A stretch of DNA of 63,849 nucleotides, filler included, from Octopus bimaculoides (GCF_001194135.2; 5 parts of 5 records of this genome joined end to end with filler, not necessarily neighbours in it); one strand, 5' to 3'; positions 1 to 12,106 are shown, counted from the whole stretch's first letter. A program made the numbers and translations. The notes: generated from the sequence alone by a model not told the origin.

Positions 1-20
1 GTGCGTGCGTGTGTGCATAT

Positions 21-51
<31 letters not shown>

Positions 52-52
52 T

Positions 53-249
53 TGTCTCCCCAACATCGGTTGACAACCGATGCTGGTGTGTTTAAGTCCC
101 CGTAACTTGGCGGTTCCGCATAAGAGACCGATAGAATAAGTGGTAAGCTTACAAAGAATAAGTCTTGCAACCAATTTGCTCAACTGAAGGCGGCGGTGCT
201 CCAGCATGGCCACAGTCAAATGAGTGAAAGAAATAAAAGAATAAAAGAA
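53..249 (+). mobile_element. 3' half of composite CORE-like SINE (family E tail)
   Basis: gacaaccgatgctggtgtgttt...gtgctccagcatggccacagtcaaatga...aaaagaataaaagaa follows (GT)n; the same tail is attached to a full copy at 47168-47552 and recurs at 16311-16400 and 52105-52296. Confidence 0.8.
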
Positions 250-1771
250 CACATGCACAATTCACACGGAAAAACATGTGTCAATGTTATCTCGGCTGAC
301 TTCTTTTAACGTCAGTGGTTGCTTCCTTGCATGTGCGTGAGCCGATTGATTGTGTGTGAGTGTATTTATATGAGGACTTGTGCACGTATATGCGAAACAG
401 GCAGATAGAAATAGAGAAAGGGAGACAAAGAGAAAGGCAAGAAAATTCTTAGAGAGGAGTGAGAGGAGTGAGAGAGAGGGTGAGAGCGAGAGTGAGAGTG
501 AGTGAGAGAGAGGGCGAGAGTGAGTGAGAGAGAGAGTAAGTGAGTAAGCGCGCGTTCTGAAGCACAAACATTAATTTCCTTTGACGCGAAACTAACTCAC
601 TTTACTTCGCTAGCAATGAAGAGTAATTAGTAACATACTGGCTGACATTGGTGACTCCCTTCACACCCTGGCTGGTTGCCATAGAAACTAAATGTTACAT
701 AAGATAAGCAAAGAAAAAGAGCGCTGACTTACATCTTTGTTAGTATTGAAGAAATAGAATGAGTTTTCGTGTTCTTACACCTTCTTCTACCTCTCTGCTT
801 TCAGGAGTCTTTCTTCTATCTCTCATCTTTATTGTTATTATTTTTCGTAGAACCAGCAGTGTCATTTGTAATATTACTCATATGATCTATATGTAGCTCT
901 TGAATTCTTTGCAAGAATTCGAACCAAGCTTCCAGACTCAGAATAATATCCTTCTTTCTTTTCCCCAGTCACGGAGGCCGTTGAAGTATCATGGCGACTG
1001 GCCATCGTCTCTGACAAAGTTATTAAAAACGAAGGCCATTGAATTACTCTGTAGCCACATTGTGTCAGATCTGATCAAGCAAAGAGCTACGAGTAATCAA
1101 TGGGCAACATACCTAGCTATGGTCCACATTTTTCTTCTCTAGATATACCACACTTCCACCTACTCGAGAAGCATAATTCACACTCCGATGTGAAACTATC
1201 ACTCGACTTGCTAAAAAATAGCCACCAAAATCAAAGTTCACCTTACTGTCTTAAAAACAAATGTTGACAGAAATGCTAAATTCATCTTTCATCTTTAAAC
1301 ATTTGAGAGCAAACCTCTTCCTGCCATTAGCATTTTCGACTGGTTTTAATACAGTTCCTTTTTTTTTTTATAAGAGACGACTAACAAGAAGGTACATGCA
1401 CGTTTCATCTACCTGACTTCATTAGTTTCAGCTTTAGTTTTAAAATTGGATGCTCTTGTTTCAGTACCAGAAGTCGCTCTAGGTGTAACGCACCTATACC
1501 ATATTAGCATTGAACCAATCTGCTGTACCCCTCATTTCCAGAACCTGGCTCTTCCTCCTCAGATTTTGTTCTTCACTTTAGAGTAAGAGATATGCTCCTA
1601 ACTATTCAAAGTGTACTACCAAATTTTGATTCCCACTTAAAACTTTTTCAATCTTATTTACGCTGAAAATATCCGTAAGAAAGACATACGATATATAACA
1701 TAGTTTTCTCTTGACCTGACTTTAAAATAAAATGCTGCTTATGTCTAAACAAAAGAATTGGGGGCTGGCTC

Positions 1772-2060
1772 TCCCTTGGTTACAACAACGAGTGCTCCAG
1801 TTGATCCGATCAACGGAACAGCTTGCTCGTGGAAGTGGCCGAGAACTCTACAGACACGTGTATGCCTGACGTAGTTCTCAGGTAGATTCAGTGTGACACA
1901 AAATGTGGCAAGGCTGGCCCTTTGAATTACAGGTACAACTCATTTTTGCCAGTTGAGTGGACTGGAGCAACATGAAATAAAATGTCTTGCTGAAGGACAC
2001 AACACGCCACCGGAAATCGAACTCATGACCAAATACACTAGTCATTAAGCCACACGCTTT
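1772..2060 (-). mobile_element. tRNA-headed SINE, body B + tail 2
   Basis: Minus strand: B-box-like gagttcgatttcc, body gttgtgtccttcagcaagacattttatttcatgttgctccagtccactcaactggcaaaaatgagt, then a tail shared with 5195-5520 and 12775-13152. Confidence 0.8.
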
Positions 2061-2354
2061 CTCACCAAATCATGTAGGAAGACTTCATCTCCATTTATTA
2101 ACTGAACAAAATTTCGGTTGATTACAATGGAAAGTTGCATCTATTGCGTGAAGTTTCTTTTTGCAATTTAGTGAATAGAGACAGCCACAAGAATTAAACA
2201 GCTGTCACGACTGTTAGTGACAAGAAGCGAACTACTAAGCTTTGTGTTGAGTTCAATTCTTTGGCAGAGATTTACATACATAAACACCTACTTATTAATA
2301 AAATGTTACATATACTTAATACTTTAATCTTTTCGTGTATTCAAACACTCATCT

Positions 2355-2835
2355 ATACTGATGTAAAAATAATTGCGGGCTTTAACAACCCAATTAAATC
2401 AAACATCTCAGCTTAGCATAAATTGTATAAATTGAGACTAGATTCTAGATAGTTTTGCTACAAGAAACACGTTTATTTATTCCAGAAGCATAGTTTAGTG
2501 GATTCTTGGAACCAGTGAATTCTACGAAGGTGTTGCATACTGCTAATTTCACAGGAATTTATCGAGATGCTTGAAAAATTATTTGTCAGTCGGAGAGAGG
2601 TGTGGAGAGGAAACTGGAAGAGGTAGAATTTCACAGCCCACTTATTTCAGTCAGTTTCTTTCTAGACATTTTCGAGACGCGTTATCTGGTGTTGTCAAAA
2701 AAGAGAGTTGGTTCTCTTTGATTGACCAGTGTTCGATGCAAATGCTGCAGTTCTTGGATATATTTTGTTGATTCCCTGGCTTCAAGAAATGGTAGTGGAT
2801 GATTCCTATAATTGACCAGAAAACGATAGCCATAG
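2355..2835 (-). pseudogene. mariner (DD34D, Hsmar1-like) transposase C-terminal remnant with degenerate TIR
   Basis: Minus translation VFWSIIGIIHYHFLKPG...VGCEILPLPVSSPHLSPTDK*FFKHLDKFL matches the mariner motif SPDLSPTDYHFFKHLDNFL; aaaaataattgcgg near 2365-2378 resembles the Hsmar1-type TIR; stops and deletions present. Confidence 0.8.
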
Positions 2836-2883
2836 CCTTTCTTTCTTTAAGTCTCGGTTTGGGAACATCATCGGTTGTTGTAT

Positions 2884-3185
2884 TTTTTATTGTTTTTATG
2901 CGCCCTTTTTAAAGCCTAGCCAGGCTCATGGGCCCGCTTTCCCGGTTTCTATAGCGTATGTGTTCCCCCCACCCAGGTAGACGGCACGCCAGTCCATCGC
3001 AGCGTTACTCAAGAAACAGGAAGAAAGAGTGAGAGAAAGTTGGGGCGAAAGAGTACAACAGGGGTCACCAGGAGCTTTAGGTGTTTACGCTCAATAAACA
3101 CACACAACGCCTGGTCTAGGGATCGAAACCGCGATCCTTCGACTGTGAGTCCGCTGCCCTAACCACTGGGCCATTGCGCCTCCAC
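2884..3185 (-). mobile_element. tRNA-headed SINE, body A + tail 1 (V-domain-like)
   Basis: A box and B box ggtttcgatccc; tail gagtaacgctgcgatggactggcg...aaaagggcgcat with A-rich end. Confidence 0.8.
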
Positions 3186-3438
3186 ATAAATAAATGCGCC
3201 CTTTTAAAGTCTAGCCAGGCTCGTGGGCCCGGTTTCCCGGTTTCAATGGCGTATGTGTTCCCCAGCTGGACGGGACGCCAGTCCATCGCAGCGTTACTCA
3301 TTTTTGCCAGCTGAGTGAACTGGAACAACGTGAAATGAAGTGTTTTGCTCAAGAACACAACGCGTCGCCCGGTCCAGGAATCGAAACCACAATCTTACGA
3401 TCATGGTGCTCCCTGACCACTAAGCCACGCGCCTCCAC
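3186..3438 (-). mobile_element. tRNA-headed SINE, body B + tail 1
   Basis: Head gtggaggcgcgtggcttagtgg...ggtttcgattcc; body as at 1772-2060; tail as at 2884-3010; 15 bp TSD shared with the adjacent SINE. Confidence 0.8.
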
Positions 3439-4062
3439 ATCGGTTGTTGTATAGAATCAGTATTTCGTCACATGTTGCACAATGATCAAGAAATACATCA
3501 TTTCCTTGCGCAAAAGGAGTTCAGCTCGAGTGGTATCCATGTGTCAAGGGTTTGTCCCATCCCACTTTTCTGTGTGATATAAATGTGTCCAACAATTATT
3601 GAATCGTCACGTTTAGTTCTGCAGCCTCCTGAGTTGTTTTGCTTACTTCAATAATTAATAACTTAGAAAAAGCCGTCAATAATGGTCTTCAATAATACAG
3701 TCCGCTTCAATAATGGATTTGTTGTTATTAAGAGCAGAAGGTTCGTGGTTTCACTATAAAATGTTTGCAACCAATAATGTACAATACCATCTCTTAGACA
3801 AACTGCATGGTTGATATTGCGAGCGATGCCGATACGTTCTGTTATATTTTGAACTCATACAATAGAAATCACTCGGATTTACGTTTTAGCATCACCAAGT
3901 TTAAAAAGAACGAGAATAGAATAAACAATGGAAAAAAAACCATTACCATAAATCAACAGACTGGAATCTGCACTTCAAAACGGTGTGTTACATGAAGAGG
4001 GTGAAATTGAAGTTTATTTCAGGATATACATTGAAGATTCAAATAGCACAAAATCACACACA

Positions 4063-4117
<55 letters not shown>

Positions 4118-5194
4118 GTTCTTTTGGGGGAATATTTCGAAGCGCATGCATAAAGCTATAAATAGTACTATGTAAAGATTGGATGGAAAAATCTTTGGAA
4201 TAGAAAACGTTGATGTCTGCTCGTAGACACGAAACCACATCTCCTGTATGTGTGTGTGTGTGTGTGTAATTAAATGTATTGATTCTGAACAGCCATATGT
4301 ATTAAAGTAAGGCGTTTGTACAAACAACAAATGTACGTTTAAAATCTAGGTTGGAAACAAAGACGAAAACGAACTGGAATATAAGGGTAAAGACAAAGCG
4401 AGAGTTGAAACTAAATCTTCTTATTAACGCTTTGTTATAATAACTACTTAACTACATATCTTTAACAGTGTCCATCTGTTACTAAAGACTTTTTAAATCT
4501 ACACAACACATTTTTAAGTGATCGTATTAATTCCTAGCACGTGCGGTTCATGAATCTGTTGCTTGCAATTTTTTTTGTTTTTTTTTTTTTGTTTCAACAC
4601 TCTTTGATCGCAGGAGCATTGGAAATATAAAAGAATCTATTTGCCAATCCAACATCACAGACGAATCATCAAATTCAGTTTGCGATGAGAAAACTGCTTA
4701 TAATAATAATAATTGCAAACTTCTTATTAAAATAGTTCAAGAAGTACTATTTTCTCGCTATGATATAAAATATCATAAAAACCAATAATATCATTTTCTG
4801 GTCATCCTTTCACAATGTCTTAAGAACAAAGAGAATNNNNNNNNNNNNNNNNNNNNNNNNNNNNNNNNNNNNNNNNNNNNNNNNNNNNNNNNNNNNNNNN
4901 NNNNNNNNNNNNNNNNNNNNNNNNNNNNNNNNNNNNNNNNNNNNNNNNNNNNNNNNNNNNNNNNNNNNNNNNNNNNNNNNNNNNNNNNNNNNNNNNNNNN
5001 NNNNNNNNNNNNNNNNNNNNNNNNNNNNNNNNNNNNNNNNNNNNNNNNNNNNNNNNNNNNNNNNNNNNNNNNNNNNNNNNNNNNNNNNNNNNNNNNNNNN
5101 NNNNNNNNNNNNNNNNNNNNNNNNNNNNNNNNNNNNNNNNNNNNNNNNNNNNNNNNNNNNNNNNNNNNNNNNNNNNNNNNNNNNNNNNNNNNNN

Positions 5195-5520
5195 CAGCCT
5201 GCTCGTGAAATTAACGTGCAAGTGGCTGAGCACTCCACAGACACGTGTACCCTTAACGTAGTTCTCGGGGGAGATTCAGTGTGACACAGTGTGACAAGGC
5301 TGACCCTTTGAATTATAGGCACAACAGAAACAGGAAGTAAGAGTGAGAGAAAGTTGTGGTGGAAGAGTACAGCAGGGTTCGCCACCATCCCCTGCCGGAG
5401 CCTCGTGGAACTTTAGGTGTTTTCGCTCAATAAACACTCACAACGCCTGGTCTGGGAATCGAAACCGCGATCCTATGACCGCGAGTCCGCTGCCCTAACC
5501 ATTGGGCCATTGCTCCTCCA
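5195..5520 (-). mobile_element. tRNA-headed SINE, body A + tail 2 (3' end in gap)
   Basis: A box tggcccaatgg, B box ggtttcgattcc; near-identical to 12775-13152. Confidence 0.85.
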
Positions 5521-5892
5521 CCAAACTGTTTGGTAAGCTGAGATTAAGAAGAATAGATAGATTCTATCAGAAATTCAACTAAATGCTGGCAATGGATTTG
5601 AACCGAAGCCTTGACCAGTAACTTTTCCAATATCTTATCCACTTGGTCATTTTGCTTTTGCTCATGATTCTAGTATGGTGGAAAGTAAATTGTGCAAATC
5701 AGCCAAATGCCCTCATTTTCAATGAAATGCAAGTCAGACATGCTATAATGACATGCAGTAAACGAAAATCATGTCCAACAGGAAAGAGATGGACAGAATG
5801 AATTGATATATATTTACACCAATATGCAATAAGGTAACAATTATTGTAGACTGAACACTGATAGATATGATTTTCTTTTTTTCACTTCGCAG

Positions 5893-5946
5893 GCCCACTT
5901 GACCGCTGTGATCGATGCCATTAATGCTCCTCTTGAACTTTTTTAA
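5893..5946 (+). other. candidate 54-nt spliced exon (possibly non-coding or 5'UTR)
   Basis: Acceptor ttttctttttttcacttcgcag and donor AA|gtgagt in non-repetitive DNA; no recognisable protein. Confidence 0.35.
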
Positions 5947-6647
5947 GTGAGTATCTGCGGGTAAAACGAGCAGAATGGGAACTCAGATGGAAGGAAGTTT
6001 TCTTATTGGTCACACAGCTATTCATGATCTTTAGTATAACTACGTGAAATCATGGTACAGATTTAACTAAACAGTTACAAACATACACACTTTGTATGTA
6101 TGTATGTATGTATGTATATAAAAATGGAACAAAAACGCAATAGAGGACGATAAAACATTCGGACAGATAGAGGATACAAAGGCGGACAGGATAAACAACA
6201 ATTAGGACGGGCAAAAAAAGACGGGTCATTCAAGGCCTTCTTTCATCAGTCAAGTTACCAGAAGTCCTTACTGTTTCGGGCAGTTACTCTTGAGACAGTT
6301 CGATCTGGTTGCTCCCAAAAAAGTCTAAGCTAAGAGCATTTGATCTTTTTTTTTTTTTTTNNNNNNNNNNNNNNNNNNNNNNNNNNNNNNNNNNNNNNNN
6401 NNNNNNNNNNNNNNNNNNNNNNNNNNNNNNNNNNNNNNNNNNNNNNNNNNNNNNNNNNNNNNNNNNNNNNNNNNNNNNNNNNNNNNNNNNNNNNNNNNNN
6501 NNNNNNNNNNNNNNNNNNNNNNNNNNNNNNNNNNNNNNNNNNNNNNNNNNNNNNNNNNNNNNNNNNNNNNNNGTATGTATGTATGTAAGTGTGTATGTAT
6601 GTACACAATAGTATGTATGTATGTAAGTGTGTATGTATGTACACATA

Positions 6648-6708
<61 letters not shown>

Positions 6709-7088
6709 TGTATACATACATACATGCATACATACATACATGCATACATACATACATGCATACATACATACATGCGTAGGTAGGTAGGTAGATAGGTAGG
6801 TAGGTAATTACATATAATTTTGATTTCGTGATTTCGTGAATGCCATAGAAATTCAAAATGTAATTGGATAATCGAGATTAGACCAAGCAACCAATTTGAA
6901 TTACGAGGAAACAACCATTTGAAAACAAAAGTTCAAGCATTCGTAATTCAATTTAAGAAAATATTGTACATATGTCTGTGTATTTCAAATAATCTTTGTC
7001 AGTAAAAATATATGCCGCAAGGGAACTGTAATGCCAAAGGGGGATAACTGTTTCAAGCATCTTCTTAGACGAAGTAAATGATATCGAT

Positions 7089-7290
7089 TTTTAATATAGG
7101 CACAAGGCCAAAAGATTTGGCGGGAGGAAATAAGCGATTATTAAATCAACTGCAGTACTCAGTTGGTATTTAATTTATCTATCCCGGTAGACTGTGAGGC
7201 AAAGTCGACCTCCAAAAGGAATTTAGTCCAGAAGGTAGAGGCGGGTATGTGACTTACCGCATGGCATTTTAGTTTGTGTCTAGCATATTA
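7089..7290 (-). mobile_element. degenerate SINE family D
   Basis: ggcacaaggcc...gcaaagtcgacctcc matches better-preserved D copies. Confidence 0.65.
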
Positions 7291-7790
7291 ACTGCAGCGT
7301 TTAAAAGAAGAAAAAAATCAAAACAAAAACATGGTGTGAAGGAGGAGAGAGAGATAAGAGAGAAGAAGAAGAGGTGGAGAGAGAATAGAAGAGAGAGAAA
7401 ATGAGAGAAAGAGAGGAATATTAATACATGATGATATTTTTATCAAAGCTATATAAAGAAAGTCCGTTGAAAACATATATATTGTACCGACCCACAAAAA
7501 CGGCCAGTTAGTGTAGCCGAGTTAAACTAAACATTTTCTTCTTGACTTTATGGATAAGATAAATATTATTCGTTATAACTTGCACCTTATGGCAGTCTGT
7601 GTATAAAATAAGATTCCAAGCATTCACTAGTCATACCATTTGTTTTTTAAAAATATAATCTTAAAACGTCATAATGAATTCCAATCTCCACTCCTAGCTA
7701 TCTATTTATCTGTAGGAACGTACACAGATACAACATAGAAACACGTACGTAAACACACATGCATACATATTTGTGTGTGTACATGCGCGC

Positions 7791-7828
<38 letters not shown>

Positions 7829-8043
7829 ATGCATTTATTGACGCAGACCACTACTTGTCTCCCAGGAATCATTTATTTTACCACGTGTGTATGTGTCTAC
7901 TTGCATATGTATTAGTTTGTGTGAGTGTGTGTGTGTAACCTCTTTTGCCATCATTCTGTCAGTATGCTTATCAATCTATTGAGTACTAATACTATCAATC
8001 TACAGATATTTATCTGCACATCCCTGTATCTATATGCCTCTAT

Positions 8044-8095
<52 letters not shown>

Positions 8096-8290
8096 ACATG
8101 TATGTATGTATGCATGTATGTATGTATGTATGCATGTATGTATATGTAGTTGGCATTCCTTCTGCCAGTTGTATATAAACTTACTTAAATGATAAATGTA
8201 AATAACACTATATATATATCTATATTTCGTTTTGGGATTTGGTTTGCAAGATTCTTTATATGAGTTCGTGTGTTGAAACATATTCTGTTA

Positions 8291-8451
8291 TGTCTGGGGA
8301 GAGTCATCCTCTTTTAGTGCCTTATAATTTAACACACTCCCCGATAAAATTTCCACTTTATTTTAGAAAAATAAAAAAGAAATAAGTGGAAATTTTACCG
8401 GTGAATGTGTTAAATTATAAGACACTAAAAGCGAATGACTCTCCCCAGACA
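8291..8451. mobile_element. foldback/MITE-like element with ~68 bp inverted arms
   Basis: gtctggggagagtcat...aaaatttccactt (8291-8358) is the reverse complement, with a few mismatches, of 8384-8451. Confidence 0.7.
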
Positions 8452-8799
8452 ACACTATATATATATATATTACATAAATAGATACATAATATACTCATAT
8501 AATATATAATATACTTATATATAATATATACACATATACGTGTGTGTATGTGCGTGTTTGCGCGCGTGTGTGTATGAATATACATATATATGAAAGGCAT
8601 CTTTATATCCAATTTACCGCTGGAGCGCTGGAAACTGCATTATTTACCTTAAAAGGACCTCTCGTAATGACCACACAAAGGCACACGATATGTGTGCTTT
8701 TATGCACACTACAACCACATGAGACATCCTTTAGAGGTAAATAACTGAGGCTTTCTAACAAAATATCCACGTTAAGTTGGATATAAAGATTACCGTTTG

Positions 8800-8954
8800 G
8801 TACATTATTTACATTATTTGCGTTAAACGGATATTTGTCCTCCTCTTGTTTGTTGTTAACACTTTTCGGCTGATGTACCGTCCAACCTTCATCTGGTGTC
8901 TTGGGGAAATTTCGAACATGGGTTCTCATTCCTAATCGTATTTTTCGATGTTAT
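8800..8954 (-). mobile_element. Penelope-like non-autonomous remnant with degenerate hammerhead motif
   Basis: Same ~150 bp unit as 47555-47700; minus strand GACAC CAGATGA A GGTTG..CAGCC GAAA. Confidence 0.55.
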
Positions 8955-8957
8955 TAA

Positions 8958-9016
<59 letters not shown>
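8955..9016. repeat. (ATT)n microsatellite forming the 3' tail of a Dong-like element
   Basis: Direct reading. Confidence 0.95.
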
Positions 9017-9017
<1 letters not shown>

Positions 9018-9545
9018 CATTGCCTTTTCACAGTTTCTACCACTGGAGATGTACTACGGTGTCAGCCTTGCTATATTGTCGTGGCATCCCTTATATTCCT
9101 TCTGAGCTAGTGGCGTTCATTGGCTGGTAATATACCATACGGTTTCACCATTTTGTCCACAGATTCTGCACTTATCACTTTCTGATGTATTGTCTATTGT
9201 GTATTTTATGTAGTTTGTTCTTAGTGCTTGCTCTAGGGTAGTACAGATTAGAGTCTCCGTTTCCGGTTTTAAATGATTTTTAGTCATACACAGCCATCTT
9301 TTTTCTCTGTCTGTCTTATCTTCAACATCCTTATGAAACTGACCATGTATTCTTTTCTTAACCCACCTATTTTCAGTTTCATCCGTTTTCAATTTCTTGT
9401 ATAGTGTTTTATCTTTGCAATCTTTCATCCTACACAAGCCTGACTTCCTACTTCTAATAATACCGGTTTGCTCGCATTTTTTACATACCATGCTATGTTG
9501 TTTTCTTCTGCTCTAATGCTGTGTTCGCATCCAATAAGTCCTCAT
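9017..9545 (-). mobile_element. R4/Dong-clade non-LTR retrotransposon fragment (CCHC region joined to 3' end)
   Basis: Translation WVKKRIHGQF...LKPETETLIC...EQALRTNYIK...CRICGQNGETVWYI; aligns with 47844-48290; 3' end gctgacaccgtagtacatctccag...aaggcaat(gat)(aat)n as at 39465-39510. Confidence 0.85.
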
Positions 9546-10047
9546 CGCCTTGATTTCTGTCGACTCCCTCAGCCCTACCCCTAACAGACACTGCCTCTTG
9601 TTCTCTCGACCTTAGATAGACAAGGATTTGATAAAACTAGTTTATAAATTAAAACTGACCCCATAAACAGTGATAAGCAAAATCTGTAACAAGTATTTCT
9701 TCTTGATATCTTAGTAGCTTTGTGCAGCTGAGGATTACTCTGCATTTAAATTGATGTTATTGTTGCATTGTTTCAATTAAATGGAGTTGCGTGAAATAAT
9801 CGTACTGCATTACCTCTGGATATCCTTGTTGCTTATTTTGATTTTAATCACCTTATTTTGAAATTGTATGGATAATACCGTACAAAATTCTGGTGCTTCA
9901 ACTTAAGTACCATATTCATCTGATTCTATCTATCTATCTATCTATATNNNNNNNNNNNNNNNNNNNNNNNNNNNNNNNNNNNNNNNNNNNNTTAATTAAT
10001 TAANNNNNNNNNNNNNNNNNNNNNNNNNNNNNNNNNNNNNNNNNNNN

Positions 10048-10120
<73 letters not shown>

Positions 10121-10802
10121 CGCACATTTGTTGGCTTGAGAGTGTGCATGTCAGTGTGAGGTGGGGAGAGAGAGAGAGAGAGAAAGTGAAACAGACAGAG
10201 GCAAATAATGTTGTTTCATTTATGATTCAGGTTAATAAGACATCACTATTTAGGGCAACTGCTGTTCAGATGTCACAGTAGGAAAAGAACAGGTGGAGAC
10301 ACAAATTCGGAGTACCATTAATCTTTGAGTCCAAAATCTGCTTAGGTCAGCTTAACATTTCATCACTTCAAGGTCGATGAAATTAATTTCAGTATATTAT
10401 GCTGTAGTTGTTTCAATTCAATCTGTACAATCAATTTGTGTTCTTAAGAAACCTGGCGCCTTGCTATTCAAAGTATAACCTGCTTCTGGTTGTTGTTGTT
10501 TTTTTTTCTATATCTTTTAATCATGAGAAAAGGCAGTTCCCTTGTCCTTAATAAGCCTCATCCCAGACTAGTGAGAAGAAGTGACCCTTAAACCGAGAAC
10601 CTGGCTCAAAGGCCAGCAACAGAAAGGTATTCACTAAAGGTACCCAGGATATTAGGCGAGGGGGAAGATGTTAAATTGAGCGACAGATTAAATCTACCCT
10701 CAAAGTTGGCCAAGAAGGGAATTAAACTCAGAATGTATAGAGTCGGAACAGATAGCGCGTGGCATGTTATCTTATTTCTAAGATAGTATGCCACATAGAT
10801 GG

Positions 10803-11036
10803 GACATAGAGGGGACAAACCAGGACAAACACATAGAGGGGACAAACAAGGACAAACAAAGGGATTAAGTCGATTAGATCGACCCCAGTACGTAACTGGT
10901 ACTTAATTTATCGACCCCGAAAGGATGAAAGGTAAAGTCGACCTCGGCGGAATTTGAGCTCAGAACGTAACGGCAGACGAAATACCGCTAAGCATTTCGC
11001 CCGGCGTGCTACCGTTTCTGCCAGCTCGCCACCTTA
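10803..11036 (-). mobile_element. SINE family D (Meta-domain-like core), tail b
   Basis: gagctggcagaaacggtagcacg...gagctcaaattccgccgaggtcgactttacctttcatcctttcggggtcgataaattaagtaccag. Confidence 0.85.
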
Positions 11037-11148
11037 GCGTGGCATGCTATCTAACTTTCTAAACACTCAGTCAACTTGCCGCCATGATTAGTAGAAATTT
11101 CTGTTGCTTTATTTAAAACTACAGTGAAATAGGGTGGAAATATGTCTT

Positions 11149-11646
11149 GCCGTTTCATGGGGTAACTGAGGCGAAGGTTGTTGTTTAACCCCAGATCAGC
11201 TCTGATCAAATAAACTCGATCAAAGTTTTCAAACCGTCACTTTCTTGTGAAATGTGAATCTAGGATTACATCAATATTTTTGCGCCGACAACAGTAGGGT
11301 AACAGGGGAAATAACACCTGTGTTATTTGCCTGGCCATCTATGCAGTTCTCCAGCAGAGAAGAGGTATAAAAGGTGTCTGGAACTGACAATGGCAGCCGT
11401 TTCATGGGGGTAACTGAGGCGAAGGTTGTTGTTTAACCCCAGATCAGCTCTGATCAAATAAACTCGATCAAAGTTTTCAAACCGTCACTTTCTTGTGAAA
11501 TGTGAATTTAGGATTACATCAATATTTTTGCGCCGACAACAGTAGGGTAACAGGGGAAATAACGCCTGTGTTATTTGCCTGGCCATCTATGCAGTTCTCC
11601 AGCAGAGAAAAGGTATAAAAGGTGTCTGGAACTGACAATGGCAGCC
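11149..11646. repeat. tandem duplication, 247/248 bp units
   Basis: 11149-11395 and 11396-11643 differ at 4 positions; gcc microhomology at the junction. Confidence 0.95.
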
Positions 11647-11893
11647 ATCTTGAAGTGAGACGAAGGAGAACGAGGACCTGCATTGAAGCTTCAGCATGTA
11701 GCCTCTTGCATCTAAACTCATTGAAAAATAGAATACAATAATTATCTGTTGTTTCCTTTCTTAGTTGTAAGATAAGCTGGTAGGATGTTATTCGCAGGCG
11801 ATTTGACCGCTGTTTGTCGTAGGTTAAGCCGATGCAGAACCGCTCCTTTGTTGCATTGATCTACTATACGTTGTTGATGATCTGCTTCAAATC

Positions 11894-12106
11894 CTTTCCA
11901 GTGGAAGCACAAGGCCTCAAATTTGGGAGAAGGAATTAAGTCGATTACATCGACCCCGGTGCTTATCTGGTACTAATTTTATCGACCCCGAAAGGATGAA
12001 AGACAAAGTCGACCTCGGCAGAATTTGAACTCAGAACGTAACAGCAGACGATATACCGCTAAGCATTTCGCCCGGCGTGCTAACGATTCTGCCAGCTCAC
12101 CGCCTT
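11894..12106 (-). mobile_element. SINE family D, tail a
   Basis: Same head and core as 10803-11036; tail ccttctcccaaatttgaggccttgtgc. Confidence 0.85.

Noticed and set aside
2555-2623. Plus-strand exon-like segment EFIEMLEKLFVSRREVWRGNWKR
   Set aside because: It is the antisense of the mariner transposase remnant
6228-6300. Minus-strand CTGATGA AAG..CTT GAAT motif
   Set aside because: GAAT instead of GAAA and no stem I; insufficient support
9948-10047. TTAATTAATTAA embedded in N runs, four times (9992, 26734, 47788, 59906)
   Set aside because: Each is exactly 44 N + 12 nt + 44 N = 100 bp with stops in all six frames: a synthetic scaffolding linker, not biology
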